Assembly (NCBI GenBank): GCA_038046385.1
Contig: JBBSWH010000014.1
Location: 1-27,390, forward strand
Direction of reading: 5' to 3'
DNA length: 27,390 nucleotides
From: Nanobdellota archaeon
GTDB lineage: Archaea; Nanobdellota; Nanobdellia; Woesearchaeales; GW2011-AR4
A model generated the notes under the pieces. The model searched no databases. It was not told the origin of the DNA and worked only from the letters and a program-made list of their open reading frames with translations. Each line of letters begins with the position of its first letter. Position 1 is the first letter of the stretch. Positions 17,000-25,655 of the stretch are shown piece after piece. The translations under genes and the position numbers were made by a program.

Positions 17000-19900
17000 C
17001 CTCCCACATATGATGGAAAAAGTGTTCGAAAGCGTCAGGGCAGCCAGAAAACTATCTGAGCCAGGAGACGATTTTGAAGAGATTGTCAGAGACCTTGCTG
17101 ATATCGAATATCATTGGAAGAGTAAAAGAGAATTAGTTAACATTTTTTTACAGTACTGGGACGTGAAGTTTAATGTAAGGGGGTTGGAGGAATACATAAA
17201 AGCAGTAAAAAAGATTGTATTAACTGACAAAAAAACCGGGAAATCTCAAGAAAAAGTTGTTCTTTCTTTGGTCCATTTCCTTGAAACTGATGCCAAAAAA
17301 AGGCATTTTTCATTGACAGCCCATAAAATGCTCGATCATTTTGTTGGCATGCTTGAAAAAATCCTGAAAGCCCTTGAGAAAAACTTAACAGCCCAGTTAA
17401 AATGGATTGAAGAAAATGCCGAGCAAGACATCGGCATTGCCCAGTACAGGATGCACGAATTTATAGACCTTCTGGAAGAAGAGGCAAAAATACTTTCCTT
17501 GGAGAATAGCGCTATAAAAGAGCTTCAGGAATTGTATTTTGATAGAATGAAGACAAGGCATTTTTATGAAGATAGCAGGCCTAGTGCTGTAAACTACTTA
17601 AAGAGCGGAAGTTATGCGGCAAGAAAATCGCAATTAATGGTATGGGGATTTAATTTTTACGAAAATCCTGAGCTAGGCAATTTGATAATATCCAAATGGG
17701 AGGATATCCCTATTGTAGATAGATTGTTCAAAGACCGGATAGAGGAGTGCCTGATTGCCAAGGGTTTTACATCCTGCCGGGAGTTTCTTAATGAATCGAA
17801 CTTTAAACAAGTGGCCATAATCCTGGCTAGGATATCAAATTTAGTTTTTGAGATAAAGGATTTTGATTTAATCCTCAATTATTTCAAAATGTGTAAAAGC
17901 TATGATATGTTTTTGCAAGTGTCAAGAATTATCATCAAAATGCTTGAAGCAAGATTAAAAACTTTTGCAAATAAGCATGCAAGATTTTACGTAGTGTTTT
18001 CCGCATCACATACTCCAGAAGATTTTTACGCAGGAGAACATAGTGGCGTAGAGTATGGGATTTGTTATTTACCGCTATTTGACTTAAAAGATCTAAAAAT
18101 TGGGCCAAATCCTTCGGCTATTTTAGATGCGTGGGCAGAGATAGTTAAAATTTCAGGGAAGAACCTCCCCTTGGTTGAGTACAACCTTAAAATTTTTGCT
18201 GAATTTATAAAAGATGTAGAAAGCCTATTAAAAATGGCAAGAGTGCTCGCAGATGTGGCTGACAATTCTGGAAGCGAAGTTGGACTGGTTTTAGATAAGA
18301 TTCAAAATTATAAACACTTGATAAGAAATACTGATGATTTAGGGAGAATAGGCATGATTCTTGCCAACATATCAAAAAAATCCGGAAGAAACACAAAAGA
18401 GGTTTTTTCATGTCTTTCTACTTTTGATTATTTTATTAAAAAAGAAGCTGATTTATCAAGAGTCGGGAATGCTCTTGCCGGCATAGTAAGCCATTTGGGT
18501 GAAAACATTGGCGCAGTCTTAAGAAATCTTTTTGTTTTAAAAGACCTGATAAAAGACGAAAGTGACCTGTTGAGAATCGGAAAAACACTTGCTGAATTGG
18601 CAGAACATTCTGAAAAAAATGCAAAAATGGTTTTGGATAAAATTCCTGTATTTAAAGATTCTATAAAAGATGAGCAATCATTAAGATTTATCGGGAACCT
18701 CATAAGCGAAATTTTTAATCAAGCCGCAAATCTTTTAGATTATCTCGATAACCATAAAGAAGTCCTGCAGTTATGTGTAACCTCTTTTTCCGCACAGGTG
18801 CCTGAAGAGTCCAAAAACTCAAAAGACCTTCCGAAGCTCCTAAAAAAAATAGTAACTTACGACAAGATAAAGTTAATCTGCGCACGGGGCTTTTTCAACG
18901 GCATTTTTGAAGATGCTGAGTTGAAAGCGTTGCTCGGTAGCTTGGACATGCGCATATTGACAACAGGTCATCCTGATGATGTAAAACAGCTAATCAAGAC
19001 GGCGCAAACATTGGGAGAAGAAAAATACCTAAGATGGCTTGTAATGCAGAACATGAAAGCATTGAAAACATTGAAGTCTTACGGCATAAAATTGCCAATT
19101 TGGCTTGGAATACAGCAATTGCATCTTGTGCAAAGGGTTATTGCACCAGGCATTTCCAACATAAGCCCTGATGAATACAAAAAACGTGCTATTGGCGAAC
19201 AAGTTGAATTATTCTTAAGGAACATGCATTTGATTTTCTCGCAAGATGTCATCCCAGACGACAAAGCCAGGAGTGAATTATTCGGAAATATATCAAACAA
19301 GGATTCATCTATTCTTTCAGCCTCAAAAAAAGACATGGAAACTGTTGAATCATTCATTAAAACATGCGCTTCCAAAGCCGATAAAATACCGGATGTGATA
19401 AAAAAGGCAATATTGCCGCAGATACAAGACGATGCAAAGATGCAAAAAATAGTAACAAGAGAAAGGCTGCAGAATTTCTTCGGAGCAAGGGGTGATTTTG
19501 AGCAGGTTGCAGAATCCATAACAAAAATCATAGCAGGAAAGACAGGAGAAGCAAAAATGCTCAATATAACTTTCAATGTCTCAAGAAAAAACCCGTTAAA
19601 CCTTCAGCTTAAGACAAAATGGACACAGGGAATGACTAATTTTTTCCAGCCAAGTGTCTTGACTATTGGCAACGACGGCGGCTGCTGTGTTGCAATGGGC
19701 GGAGTAAACGAATTCGCGGGCTACAATTTCTTCCTTGATGCGGATGCATTATTGGTTAATATTCTCGATAACAACAAAAAAAGGGCAGGAATGATATTGG
19801 CGTTTGCAGCTATTGAGGGAAACGAGCCAATACTGGCATTGAACACTGTAGAGACACCTTACAGAGCAGATTCTTCAATCTACCCTCTTTTTTGCGATCT

Positions 19901-20222
19901 GTGCATGCAGATGCTTGGCGCATTTGCCTATACAGCAGGCTTCAAAAAAATAGTTATTGGGAGGGGGTATGGCTCTAGCTATTTTCAACAAGCATATCCT
20001 GAAATAAGCGTTGAAATGAGAAAAATGAGCTCTTTCAAAACTGACAAAAAGTATTACACAAATGCATTTGAAGGCGGAAATATGGAAGAAACGCCAGAAG
20101 GTATGGCCCTTTCATATGCAGGAAAAGGTCATTTGATATGGGAAAAATCACATGGCATAATGAGGAACAAATTGGCGCAGGACAGCATTAAATACAATCA
20201 AGAATTCAAGAGGGCTGCATAA
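16992..20222 (+). CDS. Large hypothetical protein with 38-aa helical repeats and a C-terminal alpha/beta domain containing GNDGGCCV
   Basis: 1076 aa, overlapping the upstream gene by 8 nt. About 5.5 repeats at ~18102-18730. No signal peptide or TM helix seen. Confidence 0.8.
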   Translation: MASLPHMMEKVFESVRAARKLSEPGDDFEEIVRDLADIEYHWKSKRELVNIFLQYWDVKFNVRGLEEYIKAVKKIVLTDKKTGKSQEKVVLSLVHFLETDAKKRHFSLTAHKMLDHFVGMLEKILKALEKNLTAQLKWIEENAEQDIGIAQYRMHEFIDLLEEEAKILSLENSAIKELQELYFDRMKTRHFYEDSRPSAVNYLKSGSYAARKSQLMVWGFNFYENPELGNLIISKWEDIPIVDRLFKDRIEECLIAKGFTSCREFLNESNFKQVAIILARISNLVFEIKDFDLILNYFKMCKSYDMFLQVSRIIIKMLEARLKTFANKHARFYVVFSASHTPEDFYAGEHSGVEYGICYLPLFDLKDLKIGPNPSAILDAWAEIVKISGKNLPLVEYNLKIFAEFIKDVESLLKMARVLADVADNSGSEVGLVLDKIQNYKHLIRNTDDLGRIGMILANISKKSGRNTKEVFSCLSTFDYFIKKEADLSRVGNALAGIVSHLGENIGAVLRNLFVLKDLIKDESDLLRIGKTLAELAEHSEKNAKMVLDKIPVFKDSIKDEQSLRFIGNLISEIFNQAANLLDYLDNHKEVLQLCVTSFSAQVPEESKNSKDLPKLLKKIVTYDKIKLICARGFFNGIFEDAELKALLGSLDMRILTTGHPDDVKQLIKTAQTLGEEKYLRWLVMQNMKALKTLKSYGIKLPIWLGIQQLHLVQRVIAPGISNISPDEYKKRAIGEQVELFLRNMHLIFSQDVIPDDKARSELFGNISNKDSSILSASKKDMETVESFIKTCASKADKIPDVIKKAILPQIQDDAKMQKIVTRERLQNFFGARGDFEQVAESITKIIAGKTGEAKMLNITFNVSRKNPLNLQLKTKWTQGMTNFFQPSVLTIGNDGGCCVAMGGVNEFAGYNFFLDADALLVNILDNNKKRAGMILAFAAIEGNEPILALNTVETPYRADSSIYPLFCDLCMQMLGAFAYTAGFKKIVIGRGYGSSYFQQAYPEISVEMRKMSSFKTDKKYYTNAFEGGNMEETPEGMALSYAGKGHLIWEKSHGIMRNKLAQDSIKYNQEFKRAA

Positions 20223-20224
20223 AA

Positions 20225-20674
20225 ATGCCTGACGCAATAGACATGGCAATGGATTCCATCAAAAGCGAGATTATAGACATCAAAGCGAAGATAAGCCAGT
20301 GCAGAAAAAAAGGCTTCGATACAAAAATTGCAGTGATGATGATGATGGAAATACCTGCAAGGATAAAGCTCATTGAAGCAACAAGGGAATTAAAAGAAGT
20401 TTCAAAAATAAACAAGCTGGTTATGGATGCAAAGGCAGAGATTGCCGAAGCAGAAAAAAATGGAGAAGAGCAGAAGAAAAACAAGGAAACAGACGCAATA
20501 GTTGAAAAAATAAGCGACATTGCTGATGCTTCAATGGAAGAATTAAAATATCGCAACATTAATAAGGCAAGAGCAGGATATACAGATGCGCTTGGCATGT
20601 ATAACAGCTTGCCAGAGGACAGAAAAAAAGAGGTGAGGGAGCAGTTAGAGAAGCTTAGAAGTAAGCTTTCCTGA
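20225..20674 (+). CDS. Small all-helical hypothetical protein
   Basis: 149 aa, 2-nt gap from the upstream gene. Its C-terminal motif is shared with the HerA fusion and the 668-aa protein. Confidence 0.8.
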   Translation: MPDAIDMAMDSIKSEIIDIKAKISQCRKKGFDTKIAVMMMMEIPARIKLIEATRELKEVSKINKLVMDAKAEIAEAEKNGEEQKKNKETDAIVEKISDIADASMEELKYRNINKARAGYTDALGMYNSLPEDRKKEVREQLEKLRSKLS

Positions 20675-20683
20675 TTCATTTAT

Positions 20684-21778
20684 ATGTGGTTCTTCAAAAA
20701 AAAGAAAAAAGAAGAGGAAGATAAGGAAGAAGAGAGTGAAGATCCTAACGCAGTTCCTGAAACTCCTGCTGCAGAAAGCTCTTCAAGTTCTTCAGGAGGG
20801 GATGCTTCTTTAGGAAAGATAACCGCAGATATTGAAAAGCTCAAGGCACAGTTCAGCACATTCTACGAACTGCAAAAATCAACCACAGAAAGATTTTCCA
20901 TGATTAACCAGCAGATTGGAGAATTGAGGTCCATGCTGATAGAAAGGGACAAGTCAGGCCAGCTTCTTGAAGCCAAGGCAACACAGGCTATTGACCTCGT
21001 TAAAACTGTCCAGCCGGACAAGATGATGGTTGAACTGAGAAAAAGCGACGGGAAGGTTGAAGCATTAAGGGCGAACATAGAGAGCACGGAAAACATAATC
21101 GGAAATTTAGTCACAGAATTAAAGGATGTAAAAAGCAAGGTTATGGTGTTCAGGGGAATGGAGCAGGTAATTGCGCTTAATGAAGAGGCAAAGAAAGAGC
21201 TTCTTGAGGTAAAAAAAATACAGGCAACTGTCGAAAGGCATGCCGACAAAGTGGAAACTATGTTTTCCGAGATGCAGAAAAAATTCACTGATTTTATAAA
21301 ATTCAATGATATTGTAAAGGACCTTGACAAATCATTCAAGCAGATAAGCACGGATTTTGACACCATAAAAATAAAATTAAGCGACCTTGCAAGCAAAAAG
21401 GAAGTTGAAAATCTGATAACCAAGTTTGATGATTTTGAAAAATATTCCAGCAACGTAATCAAATTGATCAACAACAAGTTTGAGAAGCTGCAAAAGGATT
21501 TAACGGGAGATTTCCAGAGCAAGTTTGAGAACACTGACAAGCTTTTGAAGGGGTTTGAGATGCTCGCGCAGAAAACTCCTGATCTGGACAAGTATTTCAA
21601 TTTGTTGAGCGAAGAGGCAAAGAAAGCAGCGGCTGCAGCAGGAGGAGAAGTTAAAGTCGAGAAATTGAAGGAGCCAGGAGTTGAGGAAAAAGCCGCTGCG
21701 CCTGAAACTTCAGCAAGCGTAATGGAAAAGATAAAGGGATTGGCAGGGGATATAACAAACAAATTAAAGAAGAAATGA
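20684..21778 (+). CDS. Coiled-coil protein with a hydrophobic-basic N-terminus and an acidic linker
   Basis: Starts MWFFKKKKKEEEDKEEESED, has long heptad-like K/E/L-rich helices and an amphipathic C-terminal helix. Confidence 0.82.
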   Translation: MWFFKKKKKEEEDKEEESEDPNAVPETPAAESSSSSSGGDASLGKITADIEKLKAQFSTFYELQKSTTERFSMINQQIGELRSMLIERDKSGQLLEAKATQAIDLVKTVQPDKMMVELRKSDGKVEALRANIESTENIIGNLVTELKDVKSKVMVFRGMEQVIALNEEAKKELLEVKKIQATVERHADKVETMFSEMQKKFTDFIKFNDIVKDLDKSFKQISTDFDTIKIKLSDLASKKEVENLITKFDDFEKYSSNVIKLINNKFEKLQKDLTGDFQSKFENTDKLLKGFEMLAQKTPDLDKYFNLLSEEAKKAAAAAGGEVKVEKLKEPGVEEKAAAPETSASVMEKIKGLAGDITNKLKKK

Positions 21779-21853
21779 TTATAATTTTGTGAAACGTTTG
21801 CATTAATATCTTAATTTTTTATTAAGCATCAGTTAAATCTGCGTTTAAAAAGT

Positions 21854-22180
21854 TTAGCCAAATGTGATAATCCTATCTGATTCTTCAACCAATTTTAATA
21901 AGTCTTCCATTGCAGAAACCGGGCATAGGCTGCTTTCTTCTTTCCCCCTTATCTTCAAGCAAGTTCCGCAGGCAAGAATAACGCCGTTATTTTTTAAAAA
22001 TTTTTTAATGGATCCGTCAAGCAGTGGAAACTTTGCATCTTTTACGTTTTCAGCCTCAACACCCTTGCCAAGAAGAAATATCTTCACAGAATGATTTTTG
22101 CTAAGCGCTTCATTGCCGAACCTAAAGCAGTTCCAGCAGGTCTCTGCATCATTTGTGTTTAATATTACTCCGATTTTCAT
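21854..22180 (-). CDS. DsrE/DsrF-like sulfur-relay family protein
   Basis: VKIFLLGKGVE and ILACGTCLKIRG motifs, ending SDRIITFG. The likely start is ATG 22180 (MKIGVIL), just past the DUF302 stop. Confidence 0.85.
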   Translation of the reverse strand: MKIGVILNTNDAETCWNCFRFGNEALSKNHSVKIFLLGKGVEAENVKDAKFPLLDGSIKKFLKNNGVILACGTCLKIRGKEESSLCPVSAMEDLLKLVEESDRIITFG

Positions 22181-22184
22181 GGTT

Positions 22185-22574
22185 TTACCTCGCATTATCA
22201 ATCATTTCAATTACATCCTTTTCAGCTTGTTCGGCTTCTTCCCCGTCCGCTTCCGGAAAGAATTGAGAAATCATGGTTGGTTTCATTCCAATTATTTTTA
22301 CTTTTCCGTTTTCTTCCAGAACATTGATTTTGCACGGCATGCAAAGCGATATTAGCCTGTTTTTGCTTAAGAACTGATTTGCATATTTACCTGAACAAAT
22401 CTCAATTATTTTAAGCGGTTTTTGGCTGAATCCTTTGGCAGCCAGCCTTTCTTTTACATCATAAATTTGGAATAAAGCCCAGCCTTTTTGCTCAACTGCT
22501 TTTAAGACTGAGACAACTGCATCATCAAAATTCTTTTCTGTTTCAACAATATATGCAAAATCTTCAGTTTTCAT
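22185..22574 (-). CDS. DUF302 domain protein
   Basis: KIIEICS...LISLCMPCKINVLEE...MKPT pattern. A GAGGTG RBS favours ATG 22574 as the start. Confidence 0.85.
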   Translation of the reverse strand: MKTEDFAYIVETEKNFDDAVVSVLKAVEQKGWALFQIYDVKERLAAKGFSQKPLKIIEICSGKYANQFLSKNRLISLCMPCKINVLEENGKVKIIGMKPTMISQFFPEADGEEAEQAEKDVIEMIDNAR

Positions 22575-22583
22575 TGCCACACC

Positions 22584-22874
22584 TCATTTCAGCTCTTTTT
22601 TTATTTCTTCATATTGCTTCTTAGTTATTTCTCCTGAAGCGTATCTCTTTTTTAGTATTGCCAAAGCACCGTCATCTTTTTTGCTTGATTGAGCTGTGTT
22701 AATTAGTGATATAACTAGCCACACAACTGCCCCCCAAAATAGAATCATAAATAGAAAGCCGAAGCCCATTCCAAATCCCATCATGCCATATCCCCCCATT
22801 CCAGAACTTCCAAACAGGAGCAATAATGCTACTGCGGCAAAAATCCAAATCCATACATTTTTATTTTCTTCCAT
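22584..22874 (-). CDS. SHOCT-domain membrane protein
   Basis: Two TM helices, a G/M-rich loop and the C-terminal ALAILKKRYASGEITKKQYEEIKKEL. Confidence 0.88.
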   Translation of the reverse strand: MEENKNVWIWIFAAVALLLLFGSSGMGGYGMMGFGMGFGFLFMILFWGAVVWLVISLINTAQSSKKDDGALAILKKRYASGEITKKQYEEIKKELK

Positions 22875-22895
22875 AATAATTACTCAAATAGTTCC

Positions 22896-23189
22896 CTAAC
22901 TGTTTCGCAATCTCTCAGACAAAACTTCTTTGATTATGTCAAAAGCTTTGATGATTTTTGGATTTGTAAGTTTGTAATAAATGTTTTTGCCTTTTCTGCC
23001 TGAAATGACAATCCCTTTGGACTTCATAATGGATAAATGCTGGGAGATATTAGCCTGGCTCAACTTTGTCTTTTCAATAAGCTCCGTTACTGACAGCTCT
23101 TTATCTCTTAAAAGGTTTAATATTTCCAGTCTTGTTGAATTTGAGAACACCTTGCACATTTCAGCATGAATTTTGTATAATTCTTTCAT
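22896..23189 (-). CDS. ArsR/SmtB family transcriptional regulator
   Basis: AEMCKVFSNSTRLEIL...ELSVTEL...SQANISQHL...RKGKNIYY. Confidence 0.92.
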   Translation of the reverse strand: MKELYKIHAEMCKVFSNSTRLEILNLLRDKELSVTELIEKTKLSQANISQHLSIMKSKGIVISGRKGKNIYYKLTNPKIIKAFDIIKEVLSERLRNS

Positions 23190-23196
23190 ATTATTG

Positions 23197-23229
23197 TATT
23201 AGAATATTCTAATATTTAAATACTTTTCG
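23197..23229 (-). promoter_or_regulatory. BRE/TATA promoter and perfect 18-bp palindromic operator of the ArsR operon
   Basis: TATTAGAATATTCTAATA (23197-23214) is self-complementary. The minus strand reads CGAAAAG-TA-TTTAAATA overlapping it. The ATG is about 25 bp downstream, suggesting a leaderless mRNA. Confidence 0.8.
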
Positions 23230-23263
23230 GATGAACTCTGCCATTTCATTGGTGCGCGCCCAA

Positions 23264-25270
23264 TCACTTATTATAGAATTTCGCCACTATCGACTGATGC
23301 AAACGGATTACCTGCTGATGTGCTTTTTTCTTGCCTTCCGGGCTTAATTTCTGGTAGACTTCCCTTATTGAGTCATATGCTTTCTTTGCGCCAGTGTAAT
23401 TGTCATTAGCCATGTTTTTGTTTGCGATCTCCATCAGCACCCCGATGTCTTTCTGCAGCGTTTCTGAAGAGAATGAAGCGTGCTCTTTTTTCATAGATTC
23501 AATTGTTTTTGATGCTTCATGCATTTCATTTTGAAGCCTTTTTAATTCAGCTTCAACATGGCTCATTTTTTTGTGCTTTTCGTGAATTTGCTGTTCTACT
23601 GACTCAATTTCTTTGCTTTTTTGCTTTATATGCTCGTGCTTTGATTCAAGCTGCTTTTCTGCGGCTTTTATTTTAGCATGAATCTCTTTTTCTTTTGATG
23701 CAAGGCTGTCGATGTTGTCTGCATGATGCTTTATCCCGGACTCTATTTTGTCGTGATGCGGCTTTATCCTGCTGATTGATGCCACGATGTCCATTCTTTG
23801 CTTTTCAAGGCTGCTTATCCCTTTCTTGAGCCTTTTTTCTGTTTGTGATGATATCAATTCATTTTTTGAAATTGATTTTTCTTTTTCCGCAAGCTCTTTT
23901 TCTTTTTTTTCTAATGAAAGAAGCCTGTTTTTCCAGATAATCTCATTGTAGTCTATTCTTTCCTGTGATTTTTCCATTGAAGATTTTCTTGATTCAATTT
24001 CTTTTTCCCTTGAGGCTAAACTGCCTGCTTTTGATTCTATTTCTTTGTTCTGCTGCTTTTTGTAAGCGAGGAAATTTTTAATTCTTGCATCGAGAGACTG
24101 CTGTTTTTTTGAGAGCTCTTTTTCTCTTTCGTCAATAATCTGCTTGTTTTCATCAAGTGTTTTTTTCTTCCTAGACACTTCGTGTTTTAATGAAAACAGC
24201 TCTTCTTCATGCTCTTTTTTTATCATGTGAAGCGATTCTGCAAGGTTCTCGTGATTTTCCTTCAGATCTTTAAGATGAAGCTCTTTTTTTTCCAGAAGAT
24301 TTTCTTTTTCCTTTATTTTTGCAAGCCTTAAAGAAATTTCAGATTCTTTTTTGAAGACGTCTGTTTCCCTGTGATGAAGTATTGCAAGATGATGCTCTGT
24401 TTCTGCTTTCTTTTTTTCCAGCGACAGTTCCTGATGCTGGTTTTTTCTTAAAAGCTCCTGCACGTGAAGCTCTTTTTCCTTTAATTCGAGCTCTAGCGAG
24501 TTTTTTTTCATTTCCAGCTTCTTGATTTCTTTTTCCCATAAAGCTCTTGATTCACTCAATTCACTTCTGCTTGCATTTAGGTGTTCATTTACTTTAACTA
24601 ACTCAAGAACGCTTGAATCGTGGTCGTGCTGTGCTTTTTCCAGCTTCTGCATCAATGACTTCAGTTTTTCGTTATTGCTGTGAATGTTATTTTTTATTGA
24701 TGATAGCGAGCTTCTTTGCGAGTCGTATTCTTTTTTGAAAGAATCCCTTTCTTTCTTTATCGAGTCAAGCTCTTTTTTCTTGATTGATATGTCGCTTTCA
24801 ATCTGATTCTTTGTGCTTTCAAAAGAAGAAAGGAGTTTTGAGTACTCTTCATTTTTGCCGTCTATCAATGCCTTTTTTTCGTTTATTGCCTTTTCTTCCT
24901 TTTCGAGCTCTGATTTTAATTTAGATACTGCAGAAATCTTTTTTTCAATGGATTTTTTTTGAGCATTGATTTCTTCTTCCTTCAAGCGCTCCATTGATTG
25001 TTTTTCCCTTAATTGGGACATTCTTTTTGTTGACTCTGCTTCCTGCGAGTGTATTGTCTGGTCTATCTTTGCAAGAAGCTCTGATTTTTCATGAAGAACG
25101 TGTTCTTTCTTTTTTATCTCAAGCTCCGTTTCCCTGTAAGCTTTTTCCGTTAATTCACTTTTCTTGTTGATTTCTTCCAGAGACCTGTTTTTCTCTAAAA
25201 GTTCCATTCCAAAGTCATGAAACCTCGGACTTTTGCCTTCTTTCCTGAAAAGATTGAGTATTTTTGCCAC
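23264..25270 (-). CDS. Long coiled-coil protein without ATPase motifs
   Basis: 668 aa rich in K/E/S/H. GTG start with a GGGGGA RBS. No Walker A/B motif. Confidence 0.82.
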   Translation of the reverse strand: MAKILNLFRKEGKSPRFHDFGMELLEKNRSLEEINKKSELTEKAYRETELEIKKKEHVLHEKSELLAKIDQTIHSQEAESTKRMSQLREKQSMERLKEEEINAQKKSIEKKISAVSKLKSELEKEEKAINEKKALIDGKNEEYSKLLSSFESTKNQIESDISIKKKELDSIKKERDSFKKEYDSQRSSLSSIKNNIHSNNEKLKSLMQKLEKAQHDHDSSVLELVKVNEHLNASRSELSESRALWEKEIKKLEMKKNSLELELKEKELHVQELLRKNQHQELSLEKKKAETEHHLAILHHRETDVFKKESEISLRLAKIKEKENLLEKKELHLKDLKENHENLAESLHMIKKEHEEELFSLKHEVSRKKKTLDENKQIIDEREKELSKKQQSLDARIKNFLAYKKQQNKEIESKAGSLASREKEIESRKSSMEKSQERIDYNEIIWKNRLLSLEKKEKELAEKEKSISKNELISSQTEKRLKKGISSLEKQRMDIVASISRIKPHHDKIESGIKHHADNIDSLASKEKEIHAKIKAAEKQLESKHEHIKQKSKEIESVEQQIHEKHKKMSHVEAELKRLQNEMHEASKTIESMKKEHASFSSETLQKDIGVLMEIANKNMANDNYTGAKKAYDSIREVYQKLSPEGKKKAHQQVIRLHQSIVAKFYNK

Positions 25271-25401
25271 TATTTCCCCCTATTAGGTATTTGGTTGAAT
25301 GCGGTTTAAATATATTTGTTATGCTTGTATAATGAAGACAGCAATAATCTTGATTAGTTTACCTTGAGCTATTTTTATTGATTTTATCATGTTTTTAGTT
25401 C

Positions 25402-25491
25402 AATGTGTTTCGTTAATGATCTTTTTTAGTTTGTTGTATTTTTATTTCCGGCTTCGCCAAAATCTAGGCTCGCTCAGTGGCTCGCATTATT
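25402..25491 (+). repeat. Dispersed intergenic repeat, copy 2
   Basis: 27 bp at 25465-25491 are identical to 12392-12418; it also shares CGGCTTCGCC and the T-rich leader. Confidence 0.85.
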
Positions 25492-25530
25492 TTACTACTC
25501 GCTACTTTGCTCGCAATTCATAGTAACTCT

Positions 25531-25538
25531 TTTAAATA
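25531..25538 (+). promoter_or_regulatory. TATA box of tRNA-Glu
   Basis: TTTAAATA about 30 bp upstream of the mature tRNA 5' end. Confidence 0.6.
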
Positions 25539-25566
25539 GGAATTGTTAACTTGGAGTTGAGGGTGT

Positions 25567-25641
25567 GCTCCTGTAGTGTAGTCCGGCCAATCATGCGACC
25601 CTCTCGCGGTTGCGACCTGGGTTCAAATCCCAGCAGGAGCA
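25567..25641 (+). tRNA. tRNA-Glu (anticodon CTC), intron-less, CCA not encoded
   Basis: Acceptor stem GCTCCTG/CAGGAGC plus discriminator A; anticodon arm CGACC-CTCTCGC-GGTTG; T arm CTGGG-TTCAAAT-CCCAG; followed by T runs. Confidence 0.95.
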
Positions 25642-25655
25642 TTTTACTTTTCCAA

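Noticed and set aside
20863-21762. 299-aa minus-strand ORF
   Set aside because: It is the antisense shadow of the K/E-rich coiled-coil gene; its F/S/L-rich composition is what the reverse complement of such codons gives.
20684-21778. Archaellum accessory protein FlaC/ArlC
   Set aside because: The N-terminal charge pattern is reminiscent, but I cannot find the YE-x-VS...NPF motif and no archaellum genes are in the window.
23264-25270. SMC/Rad50 call
   Set aside because: No Walker A/B, signature motif, hinge or CxxC hook is seen.
25551-25655. N-terminal extension of the MGMT ORF, and the 25610..25840 ORF
   Set aside because: They overlap a well-formed tRNA-Glu; the MGMT homology begins at ATG 25656.
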